From: Clostridia bacterium | GTDB taxonomy: Bacteria > Bacillota > Clostridia > HGM11514 | Direction: 5' to 3' | DNA length: 64,000 nt | NCBI GenBank assembly: GCA_045586685.1 | Contig: JAZNAU010000032.1 | Coordinates: 13,115 to 77,114 of the forward strand | Part shown: positions 9,984 to 19,762 of the stretch, one piece after another | Position numbering within the stretch: position 1 is the first letter of the stretch | Layout of the letters: each line of letters opens with the position of its first letter | Program-made: the position numbers and the translations under genes | Notes under the pieces: model-generated | What the model saw: only the letters and a program-made list of their open reading frames with translations | What the model was told of the DNA's origin: nothing | The model's database searches: none

Positions 9984-11003
9984 TTAGTTGTTGTCCGGAG
10001 TCTGGATGTCACCACCTGTCTGTTCAACCTTGATCCATGGCTTAATTGAAACTTCAGTCACGTCCAAACCTGTACCCTTCAAAGTGAAAGTATATTCGTA
10101 ATTCTTACCTGCTACATATCCATCTTGAACAGCAGGGATAGGAAGAGTATAGGCTTTGCCGTCCACTGTAACTGTCACTTCAGCATCACCTTCAGCAACT
10201 GTACCCGGATAAAGGAGCAAGCGAGGGAGCTTTGCTGCATCTTCTACATCCATCAAAGTTGCTGATGCATCCGGAGTCAAAGAAATACCACTTGCAGAAG
10301 TAGTACCACCAGTGATTGCACCAGTACCGATATGCAAGGTTGCTTCACCAGTCTTGATTGCTTCCTTACCTTGCTTGTTCTTCAGTACGATTGAAGAAAC
10401 CTTACCTTCACCCGGATAAAGTACTGTAACATCAGTTGTCTGCTTGAATTTGAATGATACCATTGCAAGAGCATGGTTCATATTCAAAGCTACGGTGTTT
10501 GAAGCATTTGAAATGTTGTCAACAGGGTCTGCCCACATATAATCTGTCTGATCCTGGTCTACTGTACCGTCAGACTGACCGGTACCCTGTGCATCAGCAA
10601 CAGTCATAGGAATGGCAGAACCGTCTTGTGATGCATTACCAGCTGCATAAGGATAGTAAGCGTAAACCTTACCTACAGTTGATGAAAGGATAATTGCTTG
10701 TGAAGTTGCATTCCAATCACCATCAGCTTCATTATATGAAACGTTGGTTGTAGCGATGTTGCTGCTTGCATCATTGTAGGCAGTACCGAAAGCAGTGTTA
10801 CGGTAGATGTAAAGACCGAGTGCTTCACCATTTGTGAAAGATGTTGCGGTGATACCGGCACGTGACTGAATACTTTCCAAGCCTACCGCTGTAACCTGTA
10901 ATTGGTTCGGTGTACTGTTGTTTACTACATCGTCATCATTGTTACATGATGTCATTCCTACGAAAGCTGCTGCGAAAGCAGCTATTACATAAAACTTTTT
11001 CAT
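9984..11003 (-). CDS. Probable major fimbrillin (type V pilus shaft)
   Basis: Lipobox MTSC, AYYPY, TDYMW, MNHALA and VSIKPW. First pilin gene of the cluster, followed by a hairpin. Confidence 0.85.
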   Translation of the reverse strand: MKKFYVIAAFAAAFVGMTSCNNDDDVVNNSTPNQLQVTAVGLESIQSRAGITATSFTNGEALGLYIYRNTAFGTAYNDASSNIATTNVSYNEADGDWNATSQAIILSSTVGKVYAYYPYAAGNASQDGSAIPMTVADAQGTGQSDGTVDQDQTDYMWADPVDNISNASNTVALNMNHALAMVSFKFKQTTDVTVLYPGEGKVSSIVLKNKQGKEAIKTGEATLHIGTGAITGGTTSASGISLTPDASATLMDVEDAAKLPRLLLYPGTVAEGDAEVTVTVDGKAYTLPIPAVQDGYVAGKNYEYTFTLKGTGLDVTEVSIKPWIKVEQTGGDIQTPDNN

Positions 11004-11049
11004 TTGATTTGAATTTTGAATTTAATGATTATAAAATTGATAAGACCTA

Positions 11050-11343
11050 TCAGGTCGTTTTGATTAAGTTGGTCACGATCCAAGTACCTTTATATTCCTT
11101 TCGGTTATGCAGTCCTTTCTTTATATTCTTGTTGATTCGATATATTCCGAATCCGAGAACGGACGCACCTACCAACAGTGCTATGAAGAAGCCGAAGAAA
11201 GAAAGGCATATTCCGACAGATACCAGGATAGCAAAGAAAGTCCCTGCCCCCCAAAGTATGTTCTGTCCTTTCAGACCGAACATGATAAGTGGTTTTTGCA
11301 AGCCTCTGTAGACGTTATATGACTGGTATTCTTCCGCTTCCAT
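11050..11343 (-). CDS. traF: TraF-like (DUF4133, VirB3-like) membrane protein
   Basis: YNVYRGLQKPL.FGLKG motif and two TM helices. Follows traE. Confidence 0.8.
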   Translation of the reverse strand: MEAEEYQSYNVYRGLQKPLIMFGLKGQNILWGAGTFFAILVSVGICLSFFGFFIALLVGASVLGFGIYRINKNIKKGLHNRKEYKGTWIVTNLIKTT

Positions 11344-11373
11344 TTCTCTGGTTATTGAATTGTTACCATTGGA

Positions 11374-11730
11374 TTATTCGAAGAACAACGGCAATGCTTG
11401 AGCTGCTGCAATGAGGAATATACATGAACCGACAATCAGCATGATTGACTTCTTTACGTCCTGTTCCTCGTTGTTCATCTTGATAAACACACTTATCGCA
11501 CCACCAAGTACGACTACCCCTGCAATGGCATAGATAAGATTCTGCACCATCGGGATATAAGCCTTGATTTCGGTTGTCACCTGTGCGATTGCACCTTGTC
11601 CTGCTGCCCCGTTCTGTGCGAAAGCAACAAAGGACATCATCATAGTCAAGAGGAACATACATGCTCTTTTAGCTATACTTTTCATCCCCTTGACTGCGTT
11701 CGTTACGAACTTTCTGATTCCTGTTCTCAT
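11374..11730 (-). CDS. traE: TraE-like (DUF4134, VirB2-like) conjugative pilin
   Basis: YAIAGVVVLGGAISVFIKMNNEEQDVKKSIM..VGSCIFLIAAAQALPLFF. Confidence 0.85.
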   Translation of the reverse strand: MRTGIRKFVTNAVKGMKSIAKRACMFLLTMMMSFVAFAQNGAAGQGAIAQVTTEIKAYIPMVQNLIYAIAGVVVLGGAISVFIKMNNEEQDVKKSIMLIVGSCIFLIAAAQALPLFFE

Positions 11731-11760
11731 TTCTTTTAAATTAGTTAATATTATTGTTGA

Positions 11761-12129
11761 TTACGCCGTAGCCGGTATTATGCCTCTGAAGAAATTCTCA
11801 CCTGTTTCCTCTTCAAAAATTTTCTTGAGTTCCAATGAAGAGAATCCCCCGCAATAGTTTACTTCTATTGTTTCTTTTTGATTTTCTTCTTCGTTTTCTT
11901 CAGCCGGTAGAGGATTGTCCTGTTCCTGTTCTCCACCTGCCTTATACCCGGTGAGGATTTCCGCATCTTTAGGGACATAGCTGTCCACGGAGTCGGAAAT
12001 GTCAATATCCTCCCCTCTATCTTCATTATTACTTGTCTTGCCGGACATATAAAGGTCGTATCCTATCATACCGGCGAAGTACAATGTATATACGCCCATT
12101 ACCCCTGCTGCAAATTCATAAAAGCCCAT
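11761..12129 (-). CDS. Acidic membrane-anchored protein heading the tra/pilus operon
   Basis: N-terminal TM segment (YTLYFAGMIGYDLY) and an acidic tail. Confidence 0.7.
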   Translation of the reverse strand: MGFYEFAAGVMGVYTLYFAGMIGYDLYMSGKTSNNEDRGEDIDISDSVDSYVPKDAEILTGYKAGGEQEQDNPLPAEENEEENQKETIEVNYCGGFSSLELKKIFEEETGENFFRGIIPATA

Positions 12130-12215
12130 ATCTTAATCTTCTCATTAAACGGTCGATTTGTGAAACAATTAAATTGCTGGGGCTATCTTTGCAGTCGATT
12201 TTAAGAAATTAGGAT

Positions 12216-12815
12216 ATGAAAATTGGATACGCACGAGTTAGTACAAAGGATCAAAATTTTGATTTGCAAATTTCAGCCTTAGAAAAGGCTGGATGTGAGA
12301 TTATCTATAAAGAAAAAAGAAGTGCCGTAAAGGATAGACCAGAATTAGAAAGAATGATGGAGTATCTTAGAAGTGGAGATATAGTCGTCGTTTGGAAACT
12401 TGATCGTTTGGCACGTTCATTGCAACATATTTTGTTCTTAATAGAAGAGTTGAAACGAAGAGATATAAGAATAATTAGTTTGTCTGAAGGAGTTGATACG
12501 GATACTCCTACAGGAAAATTCTTTTTGTCAATTACGGGTGCTTTTGCTGAATTAGAACGTAATTTGATTGTAGAGAGGACGCAGGCAGGATTACAGGCGG
12601 CCAGAGAGAGAGGGGTGAAATTAGGACGGAGAGAAGGTATTAGTGAAGAAAGAAAGGTTATAATGGAGGCAGCTTGTAATCTTTACAGGGATAGTGAAAT
12701 GACTACACCGGATATATGTGCATCATTGGGTATGTCTTCGGCAACTCTATATCGTTACCTTAAACTTTATGGGATAGCCAAAAAAAACAATCCGGGGAGA
12801 AGGAAAAAAAATTAA
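12216..12815 (+). CDS. Serine resolvase/invertase
   Basis: GYARVST, VVWKLDRLARS and a C-terminal HTH. Confidence 0.93.
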   Translation: MKIGYARVSTKDQNFDLQISALEKAGCEIIYKEKRSAVKDRPELERMMEYLRSGDIVVVWKLDRLARSLQHILFLIEELKRRDIRIISLSEGVDTDTPTGKFFLSITGAFAELERNLIVERTQAGLQAARERGVKLGRREGISEERKVIMEAACNLYRDSEMTTPDICASLGMSSATLYRYLKLYGIAKKNNPGRRKKN

Positions 12816-13960
12816 ACTTCTTCAAGGAATAGAATAGATGTTTGCGACATATCTTTTACAAGATTCTTAATGGTTGAATATACATATTTCCCCTTGTGAA
12901 TAACATTGCAATCAGGCTTTGCAAAGAATTCTACAAGTTGTGATATTTTTTCAAGTACAGGCAAATGGTTTTCTATTGTTATCAAATTGCTTATTTCAGT
13001 GGCCATCTTTTCATCCATTAAAATATAGCTACCTCGGAGAAGGTCGTTTACTTGGCGTTTCTTCAGTTCTAAGCCACCTTGCATTTGGCTACTTAAAGAA
13101 TATGTATTTATGATTTTAAAAACCAAGTTGTCAGGTTCACCTGCTTTACGTTTGCCTGGAGCATATTGTTTGTCATATTCAAAGTAGAAATCGGCTTTTC
13201 CGTTATGAGCCATTTCTTTCATCTCCTTTTGGGCTGGAACTATAACACGTTTAACAAAATCCTTAAATTCTGAATATGAATTTTCCAATCTTAGATACCT
13301 CCTTAATGATTCCATTTTTACAGTACAACCTCCTTCCTCTGCAAAAGCAGAAAGGTACAGACAGAATCGAGGAGTATATGCGTTAGTGGCTGATAAAATA
13401 GTATATTGTAAGAATTTGGTAAAACCGAATTCCATATTCAATAACATTGTAGCTGTTGTCTTTTTTATCTTTATGTAAACGTTATCTACACGCCCACTTT
13501 CTGGCAAGCGAACACTACATAAATTGTCAAATTCTCGCCATATTTTCTGATTTTTATCTCTTACAGGTATTTCCACCGGAATCGTTACTAACATTTTAAG
13601 AGCTTCTTTTAATTGTCTGTATTGATTCCTATGAACTCCAAAACTATTCATTGGTATCTTTAGCAAGATGGAACTTGGATCACTTTCATCAAGAAAGTCT
13701 GAAGAAGAGAATAATGTATTTTCAGTTGAGATTTTATTATAATGGTTGTATATAGCTTCCTGTATGTTTTCTTGTAATGCACCGATAATTCGGACAAAAA
13801 TTTTTGATTGAATAAGGGTGTAATTATACCGCATAAAAGTTACAGCGGTTGGTTGAACCAACCATACCAGTTCATTTTTATCTTGAGAAGGAAGCGGAAC
13901 AGGTAATGTCTGTCTTGATATTCTTCTTTTATTGCTATTATTACTGTTCAAGGAAGTCAT
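12812..13960 (-). CDS. Plasmid replication initiator (Rep_3/RepB family)
   Basis: 382 aa. GFTKF, LRRYLRLENSYSEFKDFVKRVIVPAQKEM. Iterons lie upstream. Confidence 0.85.
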   Translation of the reverse strand: MTSLNSNNSNKRRISRQTLPVPLPSQDKNELVWLVQPTAVTFMRYNYTLIQSKIFVRIIGALQENIQEAIYNHYNKISTENTLFSSSDFLDESDPSSILLKIPMNSFGVHRNQYRQLKEALKMLVTIPVEIPVRDKNQKIWREFDNLCSVRLPESGRVDNVYIKIKKTTATMLLNMEFGFTKFLQYTILSATNAYTPRFCLYLSAFAEEGGCTVKMESLRRYLRLENSYSEFKDFVKRVIVPAQKEMKEMAHNGKADFYFEYDKQYAPGKRKAGEPDNLVFKIINTYSLSSQMQGGLELKKRQVNDLLRGSYILMDEKMATEISNLITIENHLPVLEKISQLVEFFAKPDCNVIHKGKYVYSTIKNLVKDMSQTSILFLEEV

Positions 13961-14363
13961 ATTTAGGCTTGAGATTGAATTCTATATTTTTTTGCAAAGC
14001 AGATAGGTACGACAATAAAGTGTCACGTCTATACCCTCTTCCTTTTTCAATGCTGATAATTCTACTTGGTGTTATCGATGCTTTTACTTGAATATCGAAT
14101 TGTGTCATCTGACATTCTTTACGGATGGACGTTAATTCGTTTCCTAAATCTTCAAGTGTCTTTATTTCTTTATTGTTCAAAATGAATTGATAACCTAAAG
14201 CTTGGATGTATATAAGTAAACTGATTACATTATAGTTGGAACCAGTTTCTATATTATTCAATACAACTTTTTGGAGAGGAGTTATCCCCTCAGGAAAAAC
14301 AACCTTTAATTGTTTTTCATTTCGTAAATACTGTATTTTCTTTTCGATTTCCTGAAGAGTCAT
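13941..14363 (-). CDS. Tandem XRE-type HTH regulator
   Basis: Two HTH-like units (NNIETGSNYNVISLLIYIQAL and SIEKGRGYRRDTLLSYLSAL). Start taken at MTLQEIEKK. Confidence 0.75.
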   Translation of the reverse strand: MTLQEIEKKIQYLRNEKQLKVVFPEGITPLQKVVLNNIETGSNYNVISLLIYIQALGYQFILNNKEIKTLEDLGNELTSIRKECQMTQFDIQVKASITPSRIISIEKGRGYRRDTLLSYLSALQKNIEFNLKPKYDFLEQ

Positions 14364-14381
14364 ATAGTTTATATTTTGCCA

Positions 14382-14413
14382 CAAAAATAGCAATAATAAA
14401 CGATACTACCAAA
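14382..14413 (-). promoter_or_regulatory. Class-2 promoter with conserved spacer
   Basis: TTTG-GTAGTATCGTTTATTATTGC-TATTTTTG matches the Bacteroides -33/-7 consensus with a 20-nt spacer. Confidence 0.75.
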
Positions 14414-14473
14414 TTATAAACAAGTTATTTGCTTATGGTATAAAAGTTTATATTTGTCCGTTTTCTTTACCTT

Positions 14474-14782
14474 GTGTGTAATCTGTCCCATTTGAGTGTG
14501 TATTTTGCAGTAGGATGAAGTGTGTAATCTGTCCCATTTGTCGTACACAATCTTTGAGAGAGGGTTTGCAGATGTAAAAAAAACGAGAAAATCGACTCTT
14601 AAAATCTTTCTATAAACCCTTAATTTATCGCTATTTTGAGCCAAATTTCCTTATTTTGTAAATATAAACGAAAATAGTGTGTAATCTGTCCCATTTGCGA
14701 TTTTGGAAGTGTGTAATCTGTCCCATTTGCAAAAAATGTGTGTGTAATCTGTCCCAATTAAGTGTGTAATCTGTCCCATTTG
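14474..14782 (+). repeat. Iterons / replication origin
   Basis: GTGTGTAATCTGTCCCATTTG at 14474, 14520, 14677, 14709, 14740 (variant) and 14762. The last four are spaced 32/31/22 bp. An AT-rich tract follows, and rep is adjacent. Confidence 0.9.
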
Positions 14783-15105
14783 TAGTATATAAATATACTG
14801 ATTTTCAATAAGTTACAGAACCCTAATACTTCTTAATATATAATTAATATATATCTAATACCTTTTTTCAATTTTCATTTTCGACGATTATAGACATAAA
14901 GCGGAGCCTTAAAACAATCTAACAATCCATGCGGCATATAAAAAACAAATGTTCTGCTTATGCAAAGATAATAAAAACAACAATAGGGAAGAAATTAAGT
15001 CTGTCATGTTTTAAAGTGTTTCTAAATGTTAAAATTCGTTTTTACTTTCCCTGCCGTATAGTTTCTTATTAGGAAAAGAAGTATATTTGCTTGCGGAAAT
15101 AAATA

Positions 15106-15144
15106 GCAAGATGTGTTTTTGTGTACACAAAAACCTTATCTTGC
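15106..15144. other. oriT-region inverted repeat
   Basis: Perfect 20-bp palindrome GTTTTTGTGTACACAAAAAC inside GCAAGAT...ATCTTGC, directly upstream of mobC and the relaxase. Confidence 0.65.
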
Positions 15145-15195
15145 CGGATAAACCGGGACAAATTATTTCGCAACTCAATAATTTTCTAATGTTAT

Positions 15196-15582
15196 ATGAC
15201 GGAGAAAAAGAACAAAACCAGGCAGTTACATATAAGACTTACGGAAGAACAGGAAAAGCTTATAAAATCGAAGGCTGTTAATTATCCCACTCTATCAGGA
15301 TATATATTGGATGCAGCTCTTCATTTTGATGATAAGAATGGAATACGAAAATTAGAGGTTATAGAATCTTGGGCTTCAGAATATCAAAAATGGAAAAATG
15401 ACATCTCTCATTTGGCTTCCAATATCAATCAGTTGGCTCATTATTGTAACCAATGTAAAGCTAATGGTATTTTAAACAATTCCGTTGTCGAGGAAAACAA
15501 TAAGTTGATGAAGGAGTGGAATAATATTTCCGGTAAGATAGTTGAATTTCAAAAATGGCTTGTTAGGTTTGCTAAAAAATAA
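15196..15582 (+). CDS. mobC: Relaxosome accessory protein MobC
   Basis: RHH-like LHIRLTEEQ and the SNINQLAH motif. Confidence 0.85.
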   Translation: MTEKKNKTRQLHIRLTEEQEKLIKSKAVNYPTLSGYILDAALHFDDKNGIRKLEVIESWASEYQKWKNDISHLASNINQLAHYCNQCKANGILNNSVVEENNKLMKEWNNISGKIVEFQKWLVRFAKK

Positions 15583-15701
15583 TTTTATATATTTATGATT
15601 ATATAAGTATAGATATTTATGGATATATAGTTTTATAATTATAGAAATATATAATTATATATATTTTTAAATGTATATAGAAATAATTATATAAGTATAA
15701 A

Positions 15702-17252
15702 ATGATTGTTCGAATTCTGAAGGGTTCAAGTTCTTTTTCTGCCGTGGGTTATAATGAAGAGCGGGTTAAGAATGGTGAAGGACAGTTGCTATGTTCCAAT
15801 AATTTTGGTTCAACTGCAGATGTTCTATTTACTAAACCGTCAGATTATAAAAATTACTTAAAGGATTGGAGTAGCAGAAATAGTAGGATAAAATCACCAC
15901 AGTTACATGTTACAATATCATGTAAAGACAAATCTTATAATCCTGAAGAACTTAAAGAAATTGGGATAAAGTGGTTAGAAAAAATGGGGTATGGTTCTAA
16001 TCCTTATATGATTTATTTTCATTCTAACACAAAGAATAACCATATTCACATCATAACTTCAAGAATAGATGGACAGGGAAGAAAAATCAATGATAGTTAT
16101 GAAAAAGAAAGATCAGTGAGAATACTGGATAGCATTATTGGTTTGGATAGATATGATTTGCTTAGGAAGGAAATAGCTAAAGCTTTAAAATATTCGTATA
16201 CATCAGAAAAACAATTTTGTCTTATTCTTGAAAGTAGAGGATTCCGTGTATTTGATAGTGGTAAGAGTCTTAAAATATTATCTGGCGGAGAAAATGTAGA
16301 AATTGATAAAGAGTTAATAAATTTCTGCATGAACAAATACAGACATGAACTTACGAAACAGGAAAAGAGTAAATTATATGCTTTGATAAAGAAATACTCA
16401 ACAATTCTTCCCAAAGATGAATTTTCTGAATTTATGAAAATGAAATTTGGACTTAATTTCATATATATGGGTAAGAAAGACAGTCCTTATGGTTATTGTA
16501 TCGTTGATGACGCTAATAAGCGAGTCTATAAAGGAAGTGAAATCTGTTCTTTAAAATTATTGCTTTCCAATCTTGAACGCAATAAGGAAATCGATGTGGA
16601 AATAGAAGTGTTGCTTAAAGATTATTTTTACAGAAACAGATATGCAAATTCAAAGGAACTAAATCATATGTTAGGCAAATATAGAATGAAATATTATGAT
16701 GGGAAGATTATCAATAAATATACTAAGGAAACTAAACTGGTAATGCCAAGAGCTTTCAATGAATTTATAGCTTATAATAATAAACTGCGTTATGTTAGTA
16801 ATGTATATAATCCTCAAACAAATGGTGAATATGAATATTTGAGTAAAAGATTTGTTATCAAAATAGAAGATTTAAAAAGAATTGGTTGTAAATCTTCTGT
16901 TAATGATAACTCTTATTATAAAGAATTGATTGAGGAAATATTAAAACTAAATGGAAATCTAAGAGATGAATTGAACTCTTTAGGTATTAGTGTCAGAAAA
17001 ATCGGGCAGGAATTTATTTTTATCGACGATGATAGGGATGTTGTTTACAGCAATGAAAGAATAGGTCTTAATTATTCTTTGTTAGAAGAATCGATGACTT
17101 TAGATGTGCCTGTAAGATTCTACGATAACGATGAATTTGCTACCAATAATAATGAAGAACTCATAGGTGTAATAGATTCATTGAGTGATATGATATATGT
17201 TAATACATCAATGGGTGGTGGTGATAATCCTAAAAAACGACGGAGGAGATAA
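15702..17252 (+). CDS. MOBP-type relaxase
   Basis: AVGYN (catalytic Tyr), HVTISC, HSNTKNNHIHIITSRI. Basic C-terminus KKRRRR. Confidence 0.9.
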   Translation: MIVRILKGSSSFSAVGYNEERVKNGEGQLLCSNNFGSTADVLFTKPSDYKNYLKDWSSRNSRIKSPQLHVTISCKDKSYNPEELKEIGIKWLEKMGYGSNPYMIYFHSNTKNNHIHIITSRIDGQGRKINDSYEKERSVRILDSIIGLDRYDLLRKEIAKALKYSYTSEKQFCLILESRGFRVFDSGKSLKILSGGENVEIDKELINFCMNKYRHELTKQEKSKLYALIKKYSTILPKDEFSEFMKMKFGLNFIYMGKKDSPYGYCIVDDANKRVYKGSEICSLKLLLSNLERNKEIDVEIEVLLKDYFYRNRYANSKELNHMLGKYRMKYYDGKIINKYTKETKLVMPRAFNEFIAYNNKLRYVSNVYNPQTNGEYEYLSKRFVIKIEDLKRIGCKSSVNDNSYYKELIEEILKLNGNLRDELNSLGISVRKIGQEFIFIDDDRDVVYSNERIGLNYSLLEESMTLDVPVRFYDNDEFATNNNEELIGVIDSLSDMIYVNTSMGGGDNPKKRRRR

Positions 17253-17325
17253 TTATAAATGTTTATAAATATATAGTTTTAGATTTATATATTGATATGT
17301 TTATAGAAATTTATTTTCATTATTA

Positions 17326-17357
17326 TTTGGTAGTATTATTTATTATCCTTACATTTG
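17326..17357 (+). promoter_or_regulatory. Class-2 promoter
   Basis: TTTG-GTAGTATTATTTATTATCCT-TACATTTG upstream of the lipoprotein-parA operon. Confidence 0.7.
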
Positions 17358-17396
17358 CAAAAAATAATAATTGTTTCACTTATTAAATGTAGATTT

Positions 17397-17861
17397 ATGA
17401 AAAAATTAATTTGGGTAGTAATGGCTGCCATTTTAAGTTTTGGTGTTGTGTCTTGTTCCAGTTCTGATGATGACCCCACAGAACAAGTTTCCAAAAACAA
17501 GGGAATCTTTAAAGTTGTGGTAACTCAAACAGGTGAATTGGATAAATTTGTTTTTTCTTCTTCTGTGAATGGGGGGGATGCTGCAAAAACGGGAATTTTT
17601 GAAAGTGGTACTTCTAAGGATTTAGGAATGGCTTATCAGTTAACCGATGCTGAAGCTTGTAGAAATACCTATTCTTATCAAACAGACAAAAATGGAATGT
17701 TGCTGATGGCAACAGTTGGTGTCTATGCAAAAGATGGATATGAGGATAAAAAGATAACTATAAATATGAAATTGTATCTTGACAATAAAATGTTGGGTGA
17801 AAAGGAAGAAACTTTTTCAGAAGGAGTTATCCAGATAAATTCTCATGATTATGTAAACTAA
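17397..17861 (+). CDS. Lipoprotein of unknown function
   Basis: MKKLIWVVMAAILSFGVVSC lipobox. Confidence 0.75.
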   Translation: MKKLIWVVMAAILSFGVVSCSSSDDDPTEQVSKNKGIFKVVVTQTGELDKFVFSSSVNGGDAAKTGIFESGTSKDLGMAYQLTDAEACRNTYSYQTDKNGMLLMATVGVYAKDGYEDKKITINMKLYLDNKMLGEKEETFSEGVIQINSHDYVN

Positions 17862-17872
17862 ATAATAGAATT

Positions 17873-18550
17873 ATGCCTGTCATTGTATTTGCTAATCAAA
17901 AAGGAGGGGTAGGAAAATCTACTCTTGCTATAATGTATGCCAATCATCTTTCTGGTGTCAAAAATAAAAGGGTGACTGTTTGGGAAACTGATGTCCAGAA
18001 GAGTATTTATGAACAAAGGAAGGATGATGAATTGACTTGGGGAAAGGAAAATATGAAATATGACGTTCATTACATACAATTAGATACTCTTCAAAATTCT
18101 GAAGCAATGATGGTAGAAGCCAAAGAGGTCTATAAAGATGATATTGTCATTATTGATGTTCCTGGTAATATAACTGATAATTATATTGCTCCTTTGTTGA
18201 TTTATGCGGATTTTATTATTTGCCCATATATGTATGAAACAAAAGTTCTTCAAAGTACAACAACATTTATTAAAGTTTTGAAGAAATTGAAGAAGATGTT
18301 TCCAGAAGTGATGAATCCTAAGATTCTTTATGTTCCTAATAATATCGATCCGAGAGAAGGTACAACAAAAGAACTTGAACAGCGAATGCAGGTTGATGAT
18401 ATATTCAGAAAGAATGGTGGTGGAGAAGTTTTGCCTAAAATTCATCAGCGTGCCGATGTTAAGAGATTAAATACATATATGAATACTCAAAAGCAGGAAT
18501 ACATAAGTTCTGCATGCTTTTCTCAACTCGATAAACATATTTTAGAATAA
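17873..18550 (+). CDS. parA: ParA-family partition ATPase
   Basis: Deviant Walker A NQKGGVGKST and IIDVPG. Confidence 0.9.
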   Translation: MPVIVFANQKGGVGKSTLAIMYANHLSGVKNKRVTVWETDVQKSIYEQRKDDELTWGKENMKYDVHYIQLDTLQNSEAMMVEAKEVYKDDIVIIDVPGNITDNYIAPLLIYADFIICPYMYETKVLQSTTTFIKVLKKLKKMFPEVMNPKILYVPNNIDPREGTTKELEQRMQVDDIFRKNGGGEVLPKIHQRADVKRLNTYMNTQKQEYISSACFSQLDKHILE

Positions 18551-18609
18551 TTTTAATAATTTTATTATCATTTTATTTCTCTGTAACAAATTAAAGCCAT
18601 AATTTTGCC

Positions 18610-19011
18610 ATGTCAAATGAAAAAAATAAAAAAGGTGCTGTTTCTGCAAAGTTGCCAGGCGGCATAAGATCTTTGATATCAGATGATGATGATACTCCTA
18701 TCTTGGAACCAAAATTGAGTTCTTCTACAAAAGAAGAGAAAAAAAATTCTCTTAAAAAAGGGAATTCAATATTTGAGAAAGGAATGAGTATTGAAGAAAG
18801 AATCAAATTCTACAAGCAAAAGAGAATTGAAAAAGAATCTTTGTATGTGGATGAAGAAGTGAAACAAGTGTTAAAAGCTTATTGTTCAGCTAAAAAGGCT
18901 AATAAATGTAAGCTTACAGAGCTTGTTTCAGCAGCATTAAGTGAATTTATTGCAAACCATAACGATATGATTAAAGAGGCTATTCAAGAGAATAAAAATT
19001 TACTTGAATAA
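18610..19011 (+). CDS. Putative partition adaptor (RHH-like)
   Basis: Follows parA. Disordered N-terminus, C-terminal SLYVDEEVKQVLK...LTELVSAALSEFI. Confidence 0.6.
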   Translation: MSNEKNKKGAVSAKLPGGIRSLISDDDDTPILEPKLSSSTKEEKKNSLKKGNSIFEKGMSIEERIKFYKQKRIEKESLYVDEEVKQVLKAYCSAKKANKCKLTELVSAALSEFIANHNDMIKEAIQENKNLLE

Positions 19012-19050
19012 TTGTTTCACAAATCGAACGTTTAATGAGAAGAAATAATT

Positions 19051-19083
19051 AAAAAAGGAACACTTTTATAGGTGTTCCTTTTT
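19051..19083. terminator. Bidirectional intrinsic terminator
   Basis: AAAAAAGGAACAC...GTGTTCCTTTTT between convergent genes. Confidence 0.8.
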
Positions 19084-19102
19084 GCATATAACGTAATTCA
19101 GT

Positions 19103-19348
19103 TTATAGTTGTTTCGAAAAAAAACTTCTTATTATTTCTTGTCTTGTCATCATCCTCCCTTCTGAGATAAGACATTCATAAGCATCTTTTCCACGCAATG
19201 GGAATAGGGTATGGTTAGTACTGTCAATCGTTTCGTCGGGTCTATTGGCCACAAATACATGGGTTGAGAAATCTTTCCTGTTGAATACCCAAGTATTGAT
19301 ATGATAATTGTCCAATGTAACAAGTTGTTGATGCAGCATGTATCTCAA
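19103..19348 (-). CDS. Hypothetical protein
   Basis: 81 aa, overlapping the stop of the upstream gene (ATGA). Confidence 0.55.
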   Translation of the reverse strand: MRYMLHQQLVTLDNYHINTWVFNRKDFSTHVFVANRPDETIDSTNHTLFPLRGKDAYECLISEGRMMTRQEIIRSFFSKQL

Positions 19349-19608
19349 GCTTTGATTGGAGTATCGAAAACAGCCGGAAGTTCTTTCACTTTTACGATGA
19401 TGGTCTTCATTGATTCTTTAACAATGGACTTGATGAAGTCTTTGCATAGCAACAGTTCCCGCTTATATACAATGGACAATACCTTTCCTAATAGGAACGG
19501 AGCGGCAAACAAAACAATCATACAATACAATGATTTGTCCAATAAATAGATGAACATTAGGGAAGTGAACAGTAATGCTACTGCAAACATTTGAATGATA
19601 CTTTTCAT
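19345..19608 (-). CDS. Small two-TM membrane protein
   Basis: 87 aa, directly behind a class-2 promoter and the duplicated leader. Confidence 0.6.
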   Translation of the reverse strand: MKSIIQMFAVALLFTSLMFIYLLDKSLYCMIVLFAAPFLLGKVLSIVYKRELLLCKDFIKSIVKESMKTIIVKVKELPAVFDTPIKA

Positions 19609-19621
19609 GTTATTCTTTATA

Positions 19622-19713
19622 TTTTGGCTGTAAGGCTCAGCCGGGTTACTATTACAACAGGATAGCCTTCATATCCCACTGCAAATATATAAATAATAAA
19701 TGATAGTATCAAA
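19622..19713 (-). promoter_or_regulatory. Class-2 promoter plus duplicated 56-nt leader
   Basis: Promoter at 19682-19713. Leader 19622-19677 matches 31843-31898 at 55/56 positions. Confidence 0.8.
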
Positions 19714-19762
19714 TAATAATAAATAAATATTCTGATATATATTTATTTATCTAAATTTAAAT

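Noticed and set aside
12130-12215. Invertible promoter controlled by the adjacent resolvase
   Set aside because: No convincing flanking inverted repeats were found, only a short direct repeat (GTCGATTT).
14474-14782. CRISPR array
   Set aside because: The gaps between 21-bp repeats are 1-136 bp and irregular, there are no cas genes, and rep is adjacent. These are iterons.
15583-15701. AT-rich TATAATTATA-like tracts as a centromere array
   Set aside because: Low-complexity sequence with no fixed unit or period. Similar tracts occur in several intergenic regions.
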